Of a stretch of 64,000 nucleotides of DNA, positions 62,604-64,000 are shown piece after piece. Origin of the DNA: Podarcis liolepis. Its lineage: Eukaryota. Position numbers and translations under genes: made by a program. The notes beneath the pieces were generated by a model. That model saw nothing but the letters and a program-made list of their open reading frames with translations. It was not told the DNA's origin and searched no databases. The stretch's first letter is position 1. Every line of letters begins with the position of its first letter. Where the stretch lies: NCBI GenBank assembly GCA_965112155.1, contig OZ218106.1; one strand, given 5' to 3'.

Positions 62604-64000
62604 CTGAAAGAAACCTTGTTAAAATGTAGTAGAGATGGGGATATAATAAGAAAACAGAGAACAGAGAAACAGAAGAAGGCGAAAGAACAAAAACTCCCTC
62701 CACAGATTTCCCTGTAATATTTATAGAGATATGCAGTAGACCCGTAGCAGAGGCTCTTAGCCCAATGGTGTATCTAAATTAGTTCCTAAGTCAAAGCAGT
62801 CTCTACATTATTTAAAATATTACTCATAGAGAGGTCAAAAGGTGAGCCATTGGCTCCCGCGACATGGGCAGGCCTGTCCCCATCAGTTGGCACAGATAGA
62901 GTCCTTTTTCAAATAGTCTGGACTCTTGCACTAAGGAATGGGGTAATTAATTCATTTTATTATTTAATTAACCTATAAAGAGAGTGGTTAAAATGTCATT
63001 TGACCATGACCAGGCAGTTTCTAAATGTTGGACCTGTGCACTTTCCATCACATTTAAAGCTACTTACTTCTGTGCTTTCTGGCTTTCAAACAAGATTACT
63101 TGTACTGAGGGGGCCAATGCAGAGCCTACAGAGACTCTCCTTAATCCCCCAAAATGTAGAAACAAGGTTTTGTCTTATCCTGTCTCTTTTGAGCCTGCGT
63201 TAAATTGCGGCTTTCACAAGCATCACAGTAACCCTGGAATCAGAGAATCAAATTGATTAGAAAGCCTATTTAAGATGCTGAATGGACGGGAGTCTCTAGC
63301 AGCATAATGAATTCTTGCTGGACTCATTCCTGGCCATACACAGTAACCTGATGGCTTTGACCTTTTCTTCGAGCTCACCTTTCCGACTCCAGCACTTTGG
63401 TTAAAGTGTTATTCCGCTGTAAACCTCAGTTATAGAGTGCACTTGCAGCTTAACTGGGTCAGACGAGAACAGTGAAGACAAATTAGCTTGCCTTAGATTG
63501 CAGCACTGAAATTGTTGTGTGATTGTGTTAGTATGAATGACTGTGCTTTGCAGTGTTGACCTGCTTTTCTTTGCCCTTTCTTGCTGAATTCTTAATCATA
63601 CAGGGTCAGTCAAAGTCAGGGATATCCCACCCCCCGACAACCATATTATATGTAGGTGAATATTCAAGATCACTTTACATGGATTGTCAATCAAGCATTT
63701 TATGTCTGTGGGAGGCAGATTCTGAGATTTAAGAAAAAGAAAGAAATGTCACTTTTCACTGGGGCAGCTTGCTATAAGATTATCAGCTCCTTACTCTCCC
63801 ACAGCCTATGAGAGAGGGAGGGGACATGCCATTCCATCTAGCTGGAAGGGGAGGCTTTTTGAATGCGTTGTTTCACTGGTGCATCCATGTTGTTCTGCCC
63901 GCCCCCATCCTCCTCCCTATTGTGGCTGCTTAAGCATTGCAATTTTAGCATTGAACTGATCTGAAAAGTAGCCCTGGTAGACCAGCCTCCACTGTACACA

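Noticed and set aside
701-63256. The many 60-150 aa ORFs in the supplied track as host genes
   Set aside because: Lengths and composition fit chance ORFs in vertebrate non-coding DNA; the only recognisable motifs belong to L2/CR1 remnants or the 2.1-kb retroelement

Overview
AT-rich vertebrate genomic DNA. The repeat content (two full-length Sauria SINEs, other squamate tRNA/CORE SINEs, L2, CR1, Tc1/mariner-type MITEs, Penelope-like fragments) points to a squamate reptile, most likely a lacertid lizard. I recognise no host protein-coding exon. Nearly all ORFs in the supplied track are chance ORFs or TE remnants, so the window looks like part of a very large intron or a gene desert, with several TE-free, motif-dense stretches that may be enhancers. 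There is one 152-N assembly gap. The most notable items are: (1) two minus-strand minimal hammerhead-ribozyme motifs in short Penelope-type insertions, one being a ~100-bp TSD-flanked insert that is little more than an intact hammerhead; (2) a young, apparently full-length 2.1-kb poly(A)/TSD-flanked L1-type non-autonomous retroelement with a CpG-rich 5' end and one ~200-codon coiled-coil ORF broken at a homopolymer; (3) two microexon-like splice cassettes (6 nt on the minus strand, 12 nt on the plus strand); (4) a locally duplicated non-coding module; (5) a U2 snRNA 5' fragment. All calls were made by eye, without database searches.
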